This document shows, piece after piece, positions 37,901-52,900 of a stretch of 64,000 nt of DNA (the stretch's first letter is position 1; each line of letters starts with the position of its first letter). Position numbers and translations under genes: made by a program. The stretch covers positions 207,948,001-208,012,000 of the forward strand of contig NC_091288.1 of the NCBI RefSeq assembly GCF_032444005.1, written 5' to 3'. This DNA comes from Ranitomeya imitator (Eukaryota). The notes beneath the pieces were generated by a model, which was not told the origin of the DNA, did no database searches, and saw only the letters and a list, made by a program, of their open reading frames with translations.

Positions 37901-40900
37901 AAGTAAATGAAAACCCTGATATAACTAAGTAAAAAAAGCAAAAATGCATTTAAATAACACAGAGTTTTTAGTAATACTGTTTTTTGATAAAAAAAATAGC
38001 ACAAAAGCCATCCCACCTCGTCACGGTAACTCTGATCGGGACAGTCCGATTTTTGCTTTTTTTACTTAGTTATATCAGGGTTTTCATTTACTTTTTTTTT
38101 CTCTTGTAGGTTTTAATGTTTTGTGGCCATTTTGAACATGCGTTTTACCTCTGCATGTATACCAACTTAAGTTAAGCTCAATTTTGTGTTTTTTTTTTCT
38201 GGCTGAAATCATGCAGCTACTGCCTCCTAATATTGGACTCTCTAAGAAATTATTTATCGTACATTAATTCCACTAAAAAGTTAATCACACATGATACTTA
38301 CTTAAGTTCATTATCAAGAATTTTTTGAATTGTGGTTTCGTTTAACCCGCAGATATAAGGGGCCAAGACAGTGAGTGCAGTCCCATCCAAAGTCGCAGTC
38401 GAAGAACTTAGATATTGTGTCACCAAGGCATCAATCTGTTAATAATATAGCCAAATAATTAGAAGATTGCAACAATATGCTGGTAGTCTATGGGGTGTGT
38501 ATGTGTTTATACATGTATACATATATACTGTTCTATGTACATCCAGTAGACAGAAATGTCTTTAAAAAGGTAACTAATTTTAGTCATCAGTGTCTTAAGT
38601 GGAAAGGCTCGGCAGTTTTTAGTGTGGGGGAGAGGGACACAATGGCTTTGTTATTTGGTTTAGCTGTGCCTTTCTTTATTGACCCATGAAAAACAAGCTC
38701 AAAGCAATTTCTCATCTCAAAATTTTACAGTAGGCCTAGGGCTGTCAGGGGGTAACGTTCTCCTGGTATTCATCAAACCCAGACTCCTCCATCAGACGAA
38801 GATAGAGAAGTGTGATCCGTCACTCCTCCAGAGCCCAGAGGTGGCGGCTTTACACCACTTCCTCCAACACTCGGCATTGGGAATTGTCATGTACGGCAGC
38901 ATTCAGCTGCCCAACCATGAAAAAAAATGTGTTACCAATACTAAACATCTGCACATCCTCTTAAAATTTTGACATCTTATTAGAGATTGGTGATCTTTTT
39001 AGAACGAGCTGCTCTGTCACACATGTTAATAAAGGTAGATGGCATGGAGAAGGGTTGGTGGATAAACATCAGCTACAATGGGACTAAATAAAAAAAAAAC
39101 CTGAATTAAATTATTATGAGGCACATCCCAATACTTTTCACCATATAATAAATGCTTGAAAAATGACGTTAATATGCCCCAGGAGTCTTACCTTCGAGTC
39201 ATTGGTTTGCCAAGATGCACCTTCTAGAATATCTGCTAAAGTGTCCACTGTTGTTATGTTCCACATACTTATTTCGTCTGTGCTGTACATCCTGGCAATG
39301 TTCCCTATCTGGATGAGATACTCATTTGGTATAGTAGTTGGGAAGATCTTTGAGGGGTAAAAAAAAGCATGAAATGAAATCAACTGATGTCAGTGATAAA
39401 TGTTTCATAAATGGCCACCACTCGAATGTACTAAAGACTGTATACATTTCTTTGCACACTGGGGTTTGCAGGCCACCAAAATTTTAGAAGCAGTGCGATT
39501 GGAACACTTTATCAAGCTTATTGGCTCTTGGAGGTCTATCTGTGTTAAATAATTTCTGCTAAAAAGAAAAGATATATAATGACACCTTACCGTATCCAGT
39601 TTATTTTTGAGTACTTGGAGCTGGTTATTTTCAAAGGCCAGGCTTCCAAGGATCTCCAGGTTATCTTTTAAGGTTATGTTACTGAGACAGGCATCCAGCT
39701 GTCCGGCCGTGTAGCTGATAACAATATATTCATTCTGCTTGGCAATCAAATCTGTAGTAAGCTCTTCACATTCAGCTGTGTAGAGAAACAGGGAAATATG
39801 AGAAGCGTTATACATGGACATATGTGGACCATCAAATCTGCCGCTTTGACAGGTTCTATATTAGATGACCTCTTGAACTATTTGTACACCTTAATAATGT
39901 TAGGCTGGGTTCAAAATGCGTCTGTGGCGTCCATTAGAAGGACTACGTTACACCGCGGCATAACGCGGTGTAACGCAGTCCGTTAATGCCGCCATTATGT
40001 CCTATGTCGGACGCATCGCTAGCGCATGCCCACAATGGGCATTGAGTGACGGACCCAGAACGTGGGCTGCAGCGTTTCAGGGTCCATCACTGCTAGCGCA
40101 GATAGAGCTAGCAGATGCTCTATCTGCGCTAGCGATGTGACCAGTCGGCACTTGCGTTAACAGCAGCCCTTTAACGTATGTGTTGAACGGGCTGCTGTTA
40201 ACGCAGTGTGAACCTACTGGGGCTTCACAATTGTCCCAGGAAGGTGCTGTTCAGGAGGCTAAGATTTTGCATATGCATAGTTGATCTACCAGAATCCTAT
40301 TTATTTCTTGCGCTACCAACACAGAGCAACTGGCAGCTTTTTGTATAAGTTTGTGTGCAAAAGGTCCTTTTAGTCAAATATCATATGAAATGTATTCTTT
40401 AAAACGTACGTGCTGCTCGAGTGGCGATTCTTGCTGAGACCTTCAGTTGACTTATCACAAGAAGGAAGACAGTCTTATAATAAGTTTTCATTGTTGTCAG
40501 GAATCCGGGAAAGAACTGCCGCTTTACAGCCTGCAATGTAAAAATAGTTTTCAGTGTGCTCTTTAGATTATTGTTGATATGGTGTAGTATTTGAAGTATG
40601 TATTACCGTGTTGATCAATTTAAGGGTGGTACCATCAATAGCGCTGGAGAGACGTCCAATCTGTCCCATGGTCGAGACTGTCCAGAGAGAAGGATCCCTG
40701 GAGAAAAGAAGCACACTTTGTGAGATAACAAACTAGAGCTTTCCAGTCGTCAGCTTCAATCAGTAACATAAACTGGCGGATACCTTTCCCTGTATAGGGA
40801 TTAGAGGAATGCAACATTATGGACCCCAGTCACAGATATGAGTGTATTCTGAAATTTTGGAATATAGAGTGACACAAATATCTCCAAGCAATAAATCTGA

Positions 40901-43900
40901 GGAACATGATCGTCAGAAGAACCTTCATTCCTTAAATCGATGAAAGTCCCGTCTCACAGAATCCCACCAATGAAAATTCATTGATAGGGTTTCACATACA
41001 TACCCATATGTGGCCTTCAACTTCAGTAAAATAGCTGACTTCTGGGAGTCCGTGAAAGACGTGCAGGATTTAAGAGCTTGTAATATGTAGGGATCTGAAT
41101 TTTTAATTTCATTGTCCGACAGGTCACAGGCAAGGCTTCCCAACTTCTGTAGGGTCTCCTTAGTAATAACGCTTGCACTGCTTATGTTCTGTATTAGACA
41201 GAAAAACAGACATTACACAGCATTATTCATTTATAGCATGGTTAATTGTCCCTTTGTAGAAACCACAGTCCCTCCATGCCTTACCAGACAGGTTCTTGCA
41301 CTGCTCATTAGAGATACTCTTCTTGCAGATCCCTGGGCCAGCAGATCTATATTAGCCTTTCCTACACTGGTGAAATAATTCTCACATTCTGATGGTTTGG
41401 TATAGGGTCTAAAAAAGGAAATAAACATTGGGTTAATCTTAGGTTTTTAATGTGTTCTTATACATGAAGCGTTATATTTAAGCAATTTTGAGCATGGATG
41501 CCGAATCCTGTGGGTACACAACGTTGACTTCCTAATCTTCACCCCATCCAGTGGCGAAGTCTCATTTTGTAGAACCCTGTTCCTGTCACGATCTAGAGGT
41601 TTGATAAACTTTCAAGTACTCCTCCAATACATAATGTTTGTGAACTGGCCCAGAAAAAAAATGCCCAGAAAATAAAAAAATATCCCCTTTTACGCTTTAC
41701 GCTCTATGCTGTAAATCAAAAAGTGTTTACCCCAAGAATAGAAGAACATCACTGGAATAGCTGCTGAAATCTGCCGTTGCTCCGCTCGTTGTGAGTCTAT
41801 TGGCCAAGCAGCTTAGCTGGAAGAAAAAAAAAAACATAGCAGAGAGTTTTATGAGGCCATCTTGGCTGCATTGTGTGCATACCTTTGTCTGGAATTTCTT
41901 ACCTGACTACTTTCTAAGTTCACTGATTTGCCATTCAAAGACTTAATAAGATTGACAAACTGATTATTGTTTAGTTTATTGGCAGCTCCACATGTGAAAC
42001 CTTGCAGGATATTAGAAGATAATCTAAAAGAGAAATGTAATGCAATACAATTAAAACTGTTTTTATAACCTCTCTTCTGAAGTTATCCTATCATGCTATG
42101 ATAGAAGGGCGTGATTTTGTTTTTCCGTTTTGTAATGGAGTAGAATAGTATTACCCTCCCAGCAAAGACGTACGGAATATCTGCTGACCAAAACTGATGG
42201 AATAGGGTTCAAATTGGTGCGAAGGGATCAGTACATTTTTTATAGTTTTCTAATGTATTAGAAGTGTTAAAGGGTTGTCTTACAAAATGCTTTCTTAACC
42301 CCTTAATGACCGCCAGTACGTCTTTTAACTGACCTGAGATATAAGAGACTATCATCCCCATATAGGTGGCAATCCAGCAGCTGTCGGCTGTCCACTATAG
42401 CTGACAACTTGCTGCATCAGCCACGATCAGTGTTTGCACTGTCCAACTCTGTTTAGCCCCTTAGATGCTGCTGTCAATAGTGACTACATCATATAAATGG
42501 TTAACAGCGTGTGGGGGCTTCCTCTGTATCCCAATGGGCGCCCTCAGATCATGATTGTGTGGTCCTGATGTTTGCGGTGGCAATTCATGACCAAACAGCG
42601 GCCTTAGAGTCTGACGGCTGTAGTAATCTGTTCAGAAGTCAGCGGCATTTAGGTGGTAAAAATACACATTTTCATTTCTGTCATACCACTTTGCATTAAT
42701 TCCTGTAAAGCACCTGAAGGGTTAATAAACTACCCGACAACAGTTTTCAGTATGTCAGGAGGTGCTGTTTTTAAGATGGTATAACTTTTGGGGGTTTCCC
42801 AATATATGGGACCCCTAAAGGCACTTCAAACATGGATAGGTTCCTAAAAAAAATAAATTTTGTAAATTTCCTTGAAAAAATTAAAAATTACTGCTACATT
42901 TTTAAACCTTCTAAAATGCTAACAAAATAAAAGAACATTTTACAAATGGTGCTGATGTAAAGCCGACATGTGGGAAATGTTATTTATAAATGTTTTTGTG
43001 TGTTATAACTGTCTGGATTAAAGGGATAATCATTCAAAGTTTGAAAATTGCTAATTTTTTTACATTTTTCTCAAATTTCTAATATTTTTTATAGACACAA
43101 AACATATCGACCTAAATTTACCATTAGGGAACAATTTGAAAAACATTTTCTGTTGAGTTAGGTTTTTGAGCTGATTTATACTAAAATTGGCATGCTGATT
43201 CCAAAAATGTAGTCAGTTTTTTTCTAGCACGTCAAGTTTTTCCTACACAACTTACCTGACAGAGAAGCACAATTGCACTGATATCTGTAATAAGACTTGT
43301 TATCTGATTACAATTCGACTCATATAGAGCTACGTGGCAACTTGTAAGAGTAGTCACAACTTTGTCATGCCTATTTCTTATATATTTCATTTTTTGTTCA
43401 TATTTGTACTATTTAAAAAAACAACAACACTTTTTAGGTACAGTAGTTTACATAGTTTTGAGAAGACAAAAATCCTACAGTTCAAAAACTTGACGTGATA
43501 GAGAAAAACTGAGATCATTTCTGGATTCAGCATCCAAAAATTAATTAAGAACAGTTGTCTCGCCTAACTCTTAAAAAATTGTGTTCCCCATTATCATAAA
43601 GTATAACGTGTCACGAAAAAACAATCTCAAAATCACTGGGATTTGTTGAAGCGTTGCAGAGTTATTACCACATAAAGTAACACTGGTCAGATTTAAAAAA
43701 TGTGGCTCCGTCACGTTAATGTAAGTTAGGCCTACAAATATATTGCCAAACACAGCCTATAAAATGGCAACCAGAGGATATCACCTCGGCAAGTGCTGTC
43801 TGGGCTGCGACATAGGAAATCTTATACAAATGTAATAGAGCGACCAGGACCAAGAAGCAGGAGCTTCTTATAGTTTACATATTCTCATATACCGTAGATT

Positions 43901-46900
43901 TATTTCTTTAACCCATTATCTACCATTGCCCTTTTTTTTGGGACGCCTAATCTTTAGCTTCTAGCAACTAAGATTTTATAATTTTTATAATTAGGCCCAA
44001 TTTTTTGTGTTGTGTTTGTAAAATGAATGTTTTCAAAATAGGAAATCATGTCATTGTCATTTTTAATTGAATATTGGGACGCCCTTTTCTGAAAAAATCC
44101 GTACTTGTAAAAATTTTAATTTGGCAAGTAATGGGTTAAGCACACAATAGCACAGCGTGCCACTTTTTACAGTTTGCAAACAAGTCACTTACTTGGAATA
44201 GTCCGTAACTTGGATAAGCACAGTCTGGAAAAATATTCGAGCCTGCAGAATGAAATGGATAAAAACAATAAAATAATGTATATTGTTTATGAATTTACTA
44301 GTCCGAAAAAAAAATAAAACAGCAGTTGCTGTACCTGGCTGGTTGTCCATTTCATTCCGGATATATCACTGAAATTCAGGCTGGACGATAGTAAGTTTGA
44401 GGCAGGGATCTCACTAGCTAGGTTGGGTGGTACAGACTGGAAGATATTACTTGAGCTGGCATGAATAATCTGCAGAAAACATAGTTTGTTATGTGAGAGC
44501 TGTGTCATTTTAGTAAAGAATATTAAAATATGGACCAGCATCTCTATAACAAAGGAACAAGAGTGACATAAAATATGACGATGGTCCACCCCATAATCCT
44601 ATTAACAATTATTCTGTTAACAATATACATCTGTGACCTCGTCTCCTGGTACTTACCTACACGCAACCTCCGATCCTCACAAGATCTCCTTCTCTACTCC
44701 CCTCCTATCTCCTTCCCACAATCGTATACAAGATTTCTCTTGCGTATCCCCCATACTCTGGAATCCTCTACCACAACTCATCAGACTCTCGCCTACCATC
44801 GAAACCTTCAAAAAGAACCTGAAGACCCACCTCTTCCGACAAGCCTACAACCTGCAGTAACCACCGATCAACCAAACCGCTGCATGACCAGCTCTACCCT
44901 CACCTACTGTATCCTCACCCATCCCTTGTAGATTGTGAGCCTTCGCGGGCAGGGTCCTCTCTCCTCCTGTATCCTCACCCATCCCTTGTAGATTATGAGC
45001 CCTCGCGGGCAGGGTCCTCTCTCCTCCTGTACCAGTTATGACTTGTATTGTTTAAGATTATTGAACTTGTTTTTATTAAGCGTACCCGTCCTTACATGTA
45101 AAGCGCCATGGAATAAAAGGCGCTATAACAATAAATAATAATAATAATTATTCTGTGTGCATAGAATGCTCATCGGCCTACCCGAATAGGACTGTAATTA
45201 GCTTGCATGTGGCCATTCGGAAGTCATTTAGCGGTCGCATGTTTCACCACTTCAGTACCCGTTGATTTTCTGTTTTTTTTCCTACACTTCTTCCAAGAAC
45301 CATAACTTTTTTATTTTTCTGGCCATATAGCCATATGAGCAGTTATTTTTTTGCAGGACGAGTTGTACTTTTAAACGACACCATTCATTTTACAATATAG
45401 TGTATTGGAAAACGGGAAAAAAGTTCCAAGGGCAGTGCAATTTCACAATTGTTTTTTTTTTAATTTACCATGTTCATTATATGGTAAAACTTAACAATAT
45501 AGTTCCCCAGGTCATTATGAGTTTTTTTTTTTATTTAAGGGTAAAAATACAATTCAGAAATTTTGTAAAAATAATTTTTGTTTTTTGTTGCCTTTTTACG
45601 AGACCTGTAATGTTTTAATTTTTTGGCATCTGGGGTTGAGTGAGTTCTTACTTTTTGTGCCCTGAGGTGGTTTTTATCGATACCATTTTGGGGTAGAGAC
45701 AATGTTTTGATCGCCTCATTGCATTTTAATGCAAAGTTGTAGCGTATTATAAAATGTAAGTTTGACGTTTTGATTTATTTTCTTGTTACGCTTTTTACAG
45801 ATCATATTAGTTTATTATATATTTTGATAGATCTGACATTTCTGAATGTAGAGATACCAAATATGTGCTTTTTTAAAATTATTTTATTTTTAATGGGAAT
45901 AAGGGGGGTGATTTAAACTTTTTTTTTCATTTTCTTAAGAATTGTTTTTTTGCTGCCCTCAATAGTTCCCTTGAAAGACTTGAAGCTATGATCATCTGAT
46001 CGGATATACTATACATAGCATGCTATGTATAGCAGAATTCACCATCTATGAACGACAGCCGTGGGCCAGTGTTCACAGGATACTCATAATGACAGGCATG
46101 GGGGTCATCAACAGACCCCCAGCTGTAATGATAACCCATTGGCGCCCCCGATCAGGGGGCACCGCTGTTCGGAATTAATGATAAACTTCTGGCTGGTAGG
46201 TAGTAAATCCCGCTGTCAGTGATTGACAACTGGATTTAACAAGTTAACAGCCGCAGGTGGAGCACCGCTCCTCCCGCGGCTGCAAGAGGCCCTTGCTGTG
46301 ATTAAATCAGACATCAAGTGCTGGGAGCGCGACCTTTGATGTACATGTCAAAGATCTCTTTAAAATCAGATCCTCTTTAAAGGAAGAATTAGTTTCTTGA
46401 CTGCAGCATTGCTTTTGAAGGGGAAGACATTTTGCAGGCATTGAAGCCACCCATGAAACTGAAACTTCCTAACTTGTGAAGCTGCCTCTATAAGTGCACA
46501 CTCCTGTTTACGTTCCGTTGACAGCCTCTTTCTTTTTATTTTCAATTGTTAATTGACAGCTGGAGGAGGGTGGGTGTGCATGCATGGTCGCCAATTGCTC
46601 TGCTTGTTTTACGCAACAGAGGTGTGGTGTTTTTCGATCATAGTACTTGACTATACAAGGGCTTTACTGTAAAAGGTGCAAGGTTTGCAATCGCACACGG
46701 GTCCTGGAGCCTAAGGTGCCCCAAAGGTCCTTTTGGACCATATGAAAAAACTATAAAATAAAAGATCTGTGATAGTTGGGGCCACTAGTTATGCCACCGT
46801 CAATATATACACAGACAAAAGTCCTGTCTCATGGCAATATAGTGACAATACAATTCTTTTGGATACTGTTACCACATGCCAACTTTTTATTAGCATGACG

Positions 46901-49900
46901 ATTGGACACACTTACCATTTGGACAAATTTTTGTTTGAGTGCAACCGGGGCTTGCTCCATGTGGGCGCTAAATATCGAGTTAGAAGCCAGAGCTAAGATG
47001 TTTTCAGAACTCAAGCTGTTTATTTTAGAAGATGATACTCCAATAATTAGGGTGCCAAGCTTTTGAAACATGTCCACAGTGATCTACAAGAATAAAACAC
47101 ATTTCAAGTGTTAGTTGAGGCATACGTTATGTAGCTTTCCTTCACCTAATGTCAACAAATTTAGTCTTACCGGAGAATCAGTTTGTATTATTTTACTAAC
47201 TATGGCAGACGCCTGAGTGACTGTCCAACCATCGATGTTAGACAGGGTGGATAAGCTGTCACTTAAGGTGATGCTGTCTGTGTTTTCAATTGTGGATGTG
47301 GATAGTCCAACCGCTAGAGAGCCAAGTGATTGAAGGAGAGATGATGTAATCTTAGTTGCAGAAGACAAGAGACCAGTCAATGCCTGCAAAAGCAAATATG
47401 CCCAATTAACAAATAAAGGCAGCCACAAATGAACCTGGAGATGGCCACCGACGACCCTTCAGAGCAGTATATTGATTATCAATAATATCAATGTGACTGA
47501 AAAACTTACTTCTTTATCCACAGTAGAGTTGATGCCATAGTTGCACGACTTCAGGAGATTCAGTGTAACTATAGCTTGGTCACCAGTGATAGTTCCAATG
47601 TTTAGGTTAGCAATTGCGTAGCAAAGAATATTTTGAGGAATGCTACAAATAAAAAAAGCCAAATGGTTGAGGGAGTTTGGTTGAGGAATTAGGATCATCG
47701 AAGATATAACATCTTTGCTCTGCTCTAATGCATGATGAGATAAGTAATTATATTGTTTGATAGTAGACAGCTTAACGACTGCAGTAATACTCAAAATTTC
47801 TTATTGATGGAGGGGGGGAATAATAAGGAAGAGTCTACACACACAGAGCACCCCACATTTATTCTATTCCTCTAACAGCAAACTGCAAATTGCCATGAAA
47901 CTTATTTAAAAGGAAACCAGCTTACCTATTTAATGGAAAGTTGGAATTTTCTGTGGTCAATAACTGTGCATAGTACGCTTTAAGGTCTTCATTAAGAGTT
48001 AGTCTTTGAACCAAAGCCAATGTTTTGTTGTCCACTGAAAACTGCTGTAACTGTTGAAGACAAAATAAAATGGGTGAATCAATGCACCTCCAGTAACACA
48101 TTATTTACAAAGTACCTTAGCACTGGAATATTGTATATGGCTAAAGGTTTGTCTGTCCTATCGGGAAGGGGTTGTCTGTTTAAAAAATAAAAAATAAATT
48201 AAGTCCCCAATTCATGAATGCTGATTTAATACAATGGTTTTTTTTTCATTGTGGACCCTAATTGATTATTAATAAGGCTACAACAAGCACATGTAATTCT
48301 GGAGAACTTGGCATATACATTCATTACATGGATATCTCGTTTATTTCAGTAGACACAATAAAATGCTTCATTTCTCCTATAGTCCTGCTGTAGAGGAATT
48401 GAACTTTTGCTGCCTGGTTCTCCAGCTAGTCTCTGAAGGTCCACACAGTGAAATACCCTGTTATCAGCCTACTGTTGTGGAATCCGTCTATAAAAAAAGA
48501 ATTGTCTAAAGCAGGCAACCCCTTTAAACTTTGCAGACAGGATTTTAGCTGTAGCTGCCTCTAGACAGCAGATATTTTACCCTAAAGAAGCTGCTAATAT
48601 GCAGGTAATTTAGCCCCCAATCCGACCAATATTTTAGAGATCCCTGACACCACTTATTTTGCAAAAAAACATTTGGACTGGCCAACATCATGCTTTCATT
48701 GAACTAACTGAGATGTTAGCTTGAATATGGATCCAACTGAAGTGATCTTCAGACAAAAAAAAAAAACAAATATGGATGAGACTTAATCCACAGTTACCAA
48801 TGTTTCGTTGCTGAAGGATTTGAGATCATCAACACTGCAAAAGCTCAAATAATCTTCCAAGTGGTAAACTATCCATGAGTTATTCCCCTCTGCATAGCAC
48901 CTTGGATTAGGACCTAAGAAAAAAAATTAGAAACCGGAGAAAGATTTATAAGTAAAACTTCCCATTATAATCGGTGACATGCGGTAGATATAGTATATCT
49001 GGACTTCAGCAAAGCATTTGATAAAGTATTCTATAATATCCTTATTGAAAAAATGACTAAGTATGGGATTGACAAGACTACGGTTAGGTGGATTCATAAC
49101 TGGCTCAGTGATTGTTCCCAAAGAGTGATAAGAGTGCAAACTGTAAAGCGCTGCGGAATATGTTAGCGCTATATAAAAATAAAGATTATTATTATTTATT
49201 ATTATTATAATAATAAATGGTTGCACATCCAATTGGAAGTGTTTCAAGTGGGGTACCACAAGGCTCTGTCCTGGCCCCAGTGTTGTTCAACATTTTTTAT
49301 AAATGATCCCGATAAGGGAACTGAAGGTAAACTGATCAAATTTGCAGAGGATGCAAAGCTAAGAGGGATAACTAACACTAGAGAAGACAGAAAGGATTCA
49401 GAAGGGTCTAGATAAGTTTGAACAATGGGCAGTGACTAATAGAATGGTATTTCTGGGCAAGAAAAGCAAAAATTACATCTACACATTGGGAGGAATAGAA
49501 CTAAGCAAGAGCACGTGTGATAAAGACTTGGATATACTAATAGACCACAGACTGCACATGAGTTAACACTGTGAAAAGGCAAACACAGTTCTAGGGTGTA
49601 GTAAGAAAAGCATAGAGTCTAGATCACGTGAAGTAATTATCCACCTCTACTCCTCCTTGGTCAGACCTCATCTGGAATACTGTGTTGAGTTCTGGGCACA
49701 TTTTAAAAAAGACATTGAAAAACTGGAGAAAGTTCAGAGAAGAGCTACCAGGATGGTGAGCGGACTGCAAGGTATGTCCTACGAGGAACGGTTAGAGGAT
49801 CTGAGAATGTTTAGCTTGCGAAAAAGAATTCTAAGAGGAGACTTAATGGCTGTCTACAAATATCTGAAGGGCTGTCACAGTGTGGAGGGATCATCATTCT

Positions 49901-52900
49901 CATTTTCACATGGAAACACGATAAGTAATGGAATGAAACTGAAAGGGACAAGATACAGATTAGATATTAGAAAAAACTTTTTGACAGTGAGGGTGATCAA
50001 TGAGTGGAACAGGCGGCCACGAGAGGTGGTGAGTTATCCTTCAATGGAAGTCTTCAAACAGAGGCTAGACGGACATCTGAGACGGTTTAATTAATCCTGC
50101 ATCTAACAGGGGGTTAGAGACGATGACCCTTGAGGTCCCTTCCAACTCTAACATTCTCTGATTCTATAACTAGCCATCTTCTGTGATATTGTTATTAAAG
50201 GGAGCTTATCAGCAGAAAAAGATTGTTCAAACCACGCAGGGCACATTGTAGGTTCCATAACACTAATAAAAATCATATCTCTTGTGTCTAGATCCATTGC
50301 TTTGTTTGCCACAAATCATTCTTCACTCAAATGTGTCATCAGGTTGCTTGGTAAACTCTTGATATGGCTTAGTATGTCTGTGCATCTTCACACTTCCTTG
50401 TTTTCCATTTATCTCTGGCATCTGTAAAGCCAGAGTTGTCGATCATGAAATATGAGGGAAGAGACAGATTCCAAACAAGCTGCTGAGAAGGTGCACAGAA
50501 CTGCCTAGTCACGTAAAGGTGCACCAAGCACAAATTTCTGGCAAATGCATTATTGGATTTGGACACTAAAGGTATGGTTTTTATTTGTGCTATGTCCTCT
50601 ACATGGTGCTATTGTCTTATTTTCACAGCCATTTTGTATTGACAGACATTTTTTAAAGGGATATTCCTAAAATATTAAGTTATCTTCTATACACGTTAAT
50701 TGCTGAGGGTTCAAATGCAGGGACCCCAAGCGGTAATAACCCCTCATTACAGGTCCTAAATGAATTGTGAACCAATGTTCCAAGACTCTAGAATAGTAGA
50801 ATTGCTTGTGATGGTTGGCAGATTTGAAAAATATAGAGGAAAGTAAAGGAAAGCAATAAACAAAGTCAGATAGATAAATCTGTAGATAGAGCCCTCTTTG
50901 TTTTCAATACATATACAGACCTATTTGGAGGTACTCCTTGAGGACATTGTAAATATCTTGACGTGTAGTGTCGCTGTATTCTCCATAATGTTTAGATAGA
51001 GTGTTCACTCTGATGGTAAAATAAATGAACAGTCAATTGTTACATAAATGTCTTGTTCACTGAACTTTGATTGATAGAGCATGCTTATATCTAAATGTTA
51101 AAAAAGAATATACAGTAAGTACATCAGAAAAATAAGTGGGTGAATCAAGAACAATTAAATATTATATAGAAATAGAAAGTGTAAATAAATATCCTTGAGC
51201 AAGGAAATACTATTAGGGGAAAATCATGGTTTAATGTCAGTACTGTAGGCATTATTGTCCACAATCCCTCCAATGCCAATAGGTAAAAGGAGGCACATCT
51301 CTATATAATATACATATAAGTAAAGATATATAAGTATACTAGGACTCGTATGGATCACCCACTAGATCTGACTCATGTTTCACATGTAGCTTTGTCACGG
51401 GGTGACAACTCTTGATGAAGCTACGAGTGAGTCGCTTGTCAAACCCGGTGGGCGAACCACCTCCGTGAATTAATTGGATTTCATACTGCTCCTAGTATAC
51501 TTATATATTTATATTTACTTATACGTTTACTGATGTGCTTCCTTTAACCTATTAGTATTGAAGGAATTGTCAACAATGATTCCTAAAATATTGCTCTTAA
51601 ACCGTCATTTTTACCTCATTTATAGTATTTCCTTGTTCAAAAGTATTTATTTAGACTATCTCCTTCTATACAATATTTAATAGTTTTTTGTTCACCCACT
51701 TATTTCCTGGTGTACTTTATATCTTTTTTTAATCATGTAAATATCTCCTTCAAACCACATATTCAAGCCCTTTCCACTTCCTGCCGACTTCAACTCAAAA
51801 ATATTTCACGAATCCGTTCATTCCTAAACCAAGAATCTGCCAAAACCCTAGTCCATGCCCTCATCATCTCTCACCTTCACTACTGCAACCTCCTACTCTG
51901 TGGCCTCCCCTCGAACTCTTGCACCCCTCCAATCTATTCTAAACTCTGCTGCCCGATTAATCCACCTGTCCCCCCACTATTCGCCTGCTTCTCCCCTCTG
52001 TCAATCCCTTCACTGGCTCCCCATTGCCCAGAGACTCTAGTACAAAACCCTAACCATGACGTACAAAGCCATCCACAACCTGTCTCCTCCATACATCTGT
52101 GACCTCGTACTTACCTACACGCAACCTCCGATCCTCACAAGATCTCCTTCTCTACTCCCCTCTTATCTCCTCTTCCCACAATTATCTCCTCTTCCCACAA
52201 TCGTATACAAGATTTCTCTTGTGTATCCCCCCCTACTCTGGAACCCTCTACCACAACACATCAGACTCTCACCTACCATCGAAACCTTCAAAAAGAACCT
52301 GAAGACCCACCTCTTCTGACAAACCTTCCACCATGCAGTAACCACCGATCGACCAAACTGCTGCATGACCAGCTCTACCCTCACCTACTGTATCCTCACC
52401 CATCCCTTGTAGATTGTGAGCCTTCGCGGGCAGGGTCCTCTCTCCTCCTGTACCAGTTATGACTTGTATTGTTTAACGTTGTTGTACCTGTTTTTATTAT
52501 GTATACCCCTCCTCACATGTAAAGCGCCATGGAATAAATGGCACTATAACAATAATTAATAATAAATAATAATAATAATTTTTTTTACAATAAAATGAGA
52601 CTTTTTTTTATTACTTATTGGCTTTTCCATGTTTTTGGATTAGGTATTTTGATTTTATTTTGTGCCTATAGGCAAAACAAATTATTGTGATGTACATTGT
52701 TTAGGTTTTTCCCTTATTTTTATCGTAAAATTATACAGAGATTTTTGAACATGTCATAAAATCTTAGCGCTTGATTTAGAATGCTCCCCATTGGTGGATG
52801 TGCCTGACATTTTGCCAATATATAGTATATATATTGACGATTGTTCATGAGCAGTGCTACAGTATATCTGATGCAGATGTGCAACAGTAGTCATCCTTCT

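Noticed and set aside
50369-50566. 65-aa minus-strand ORF inside the mesothelin-like gene
   Set aside because: It shows no similarity to the module motifs, and exons 51009-50921 and 48913-48798 already join in phase.
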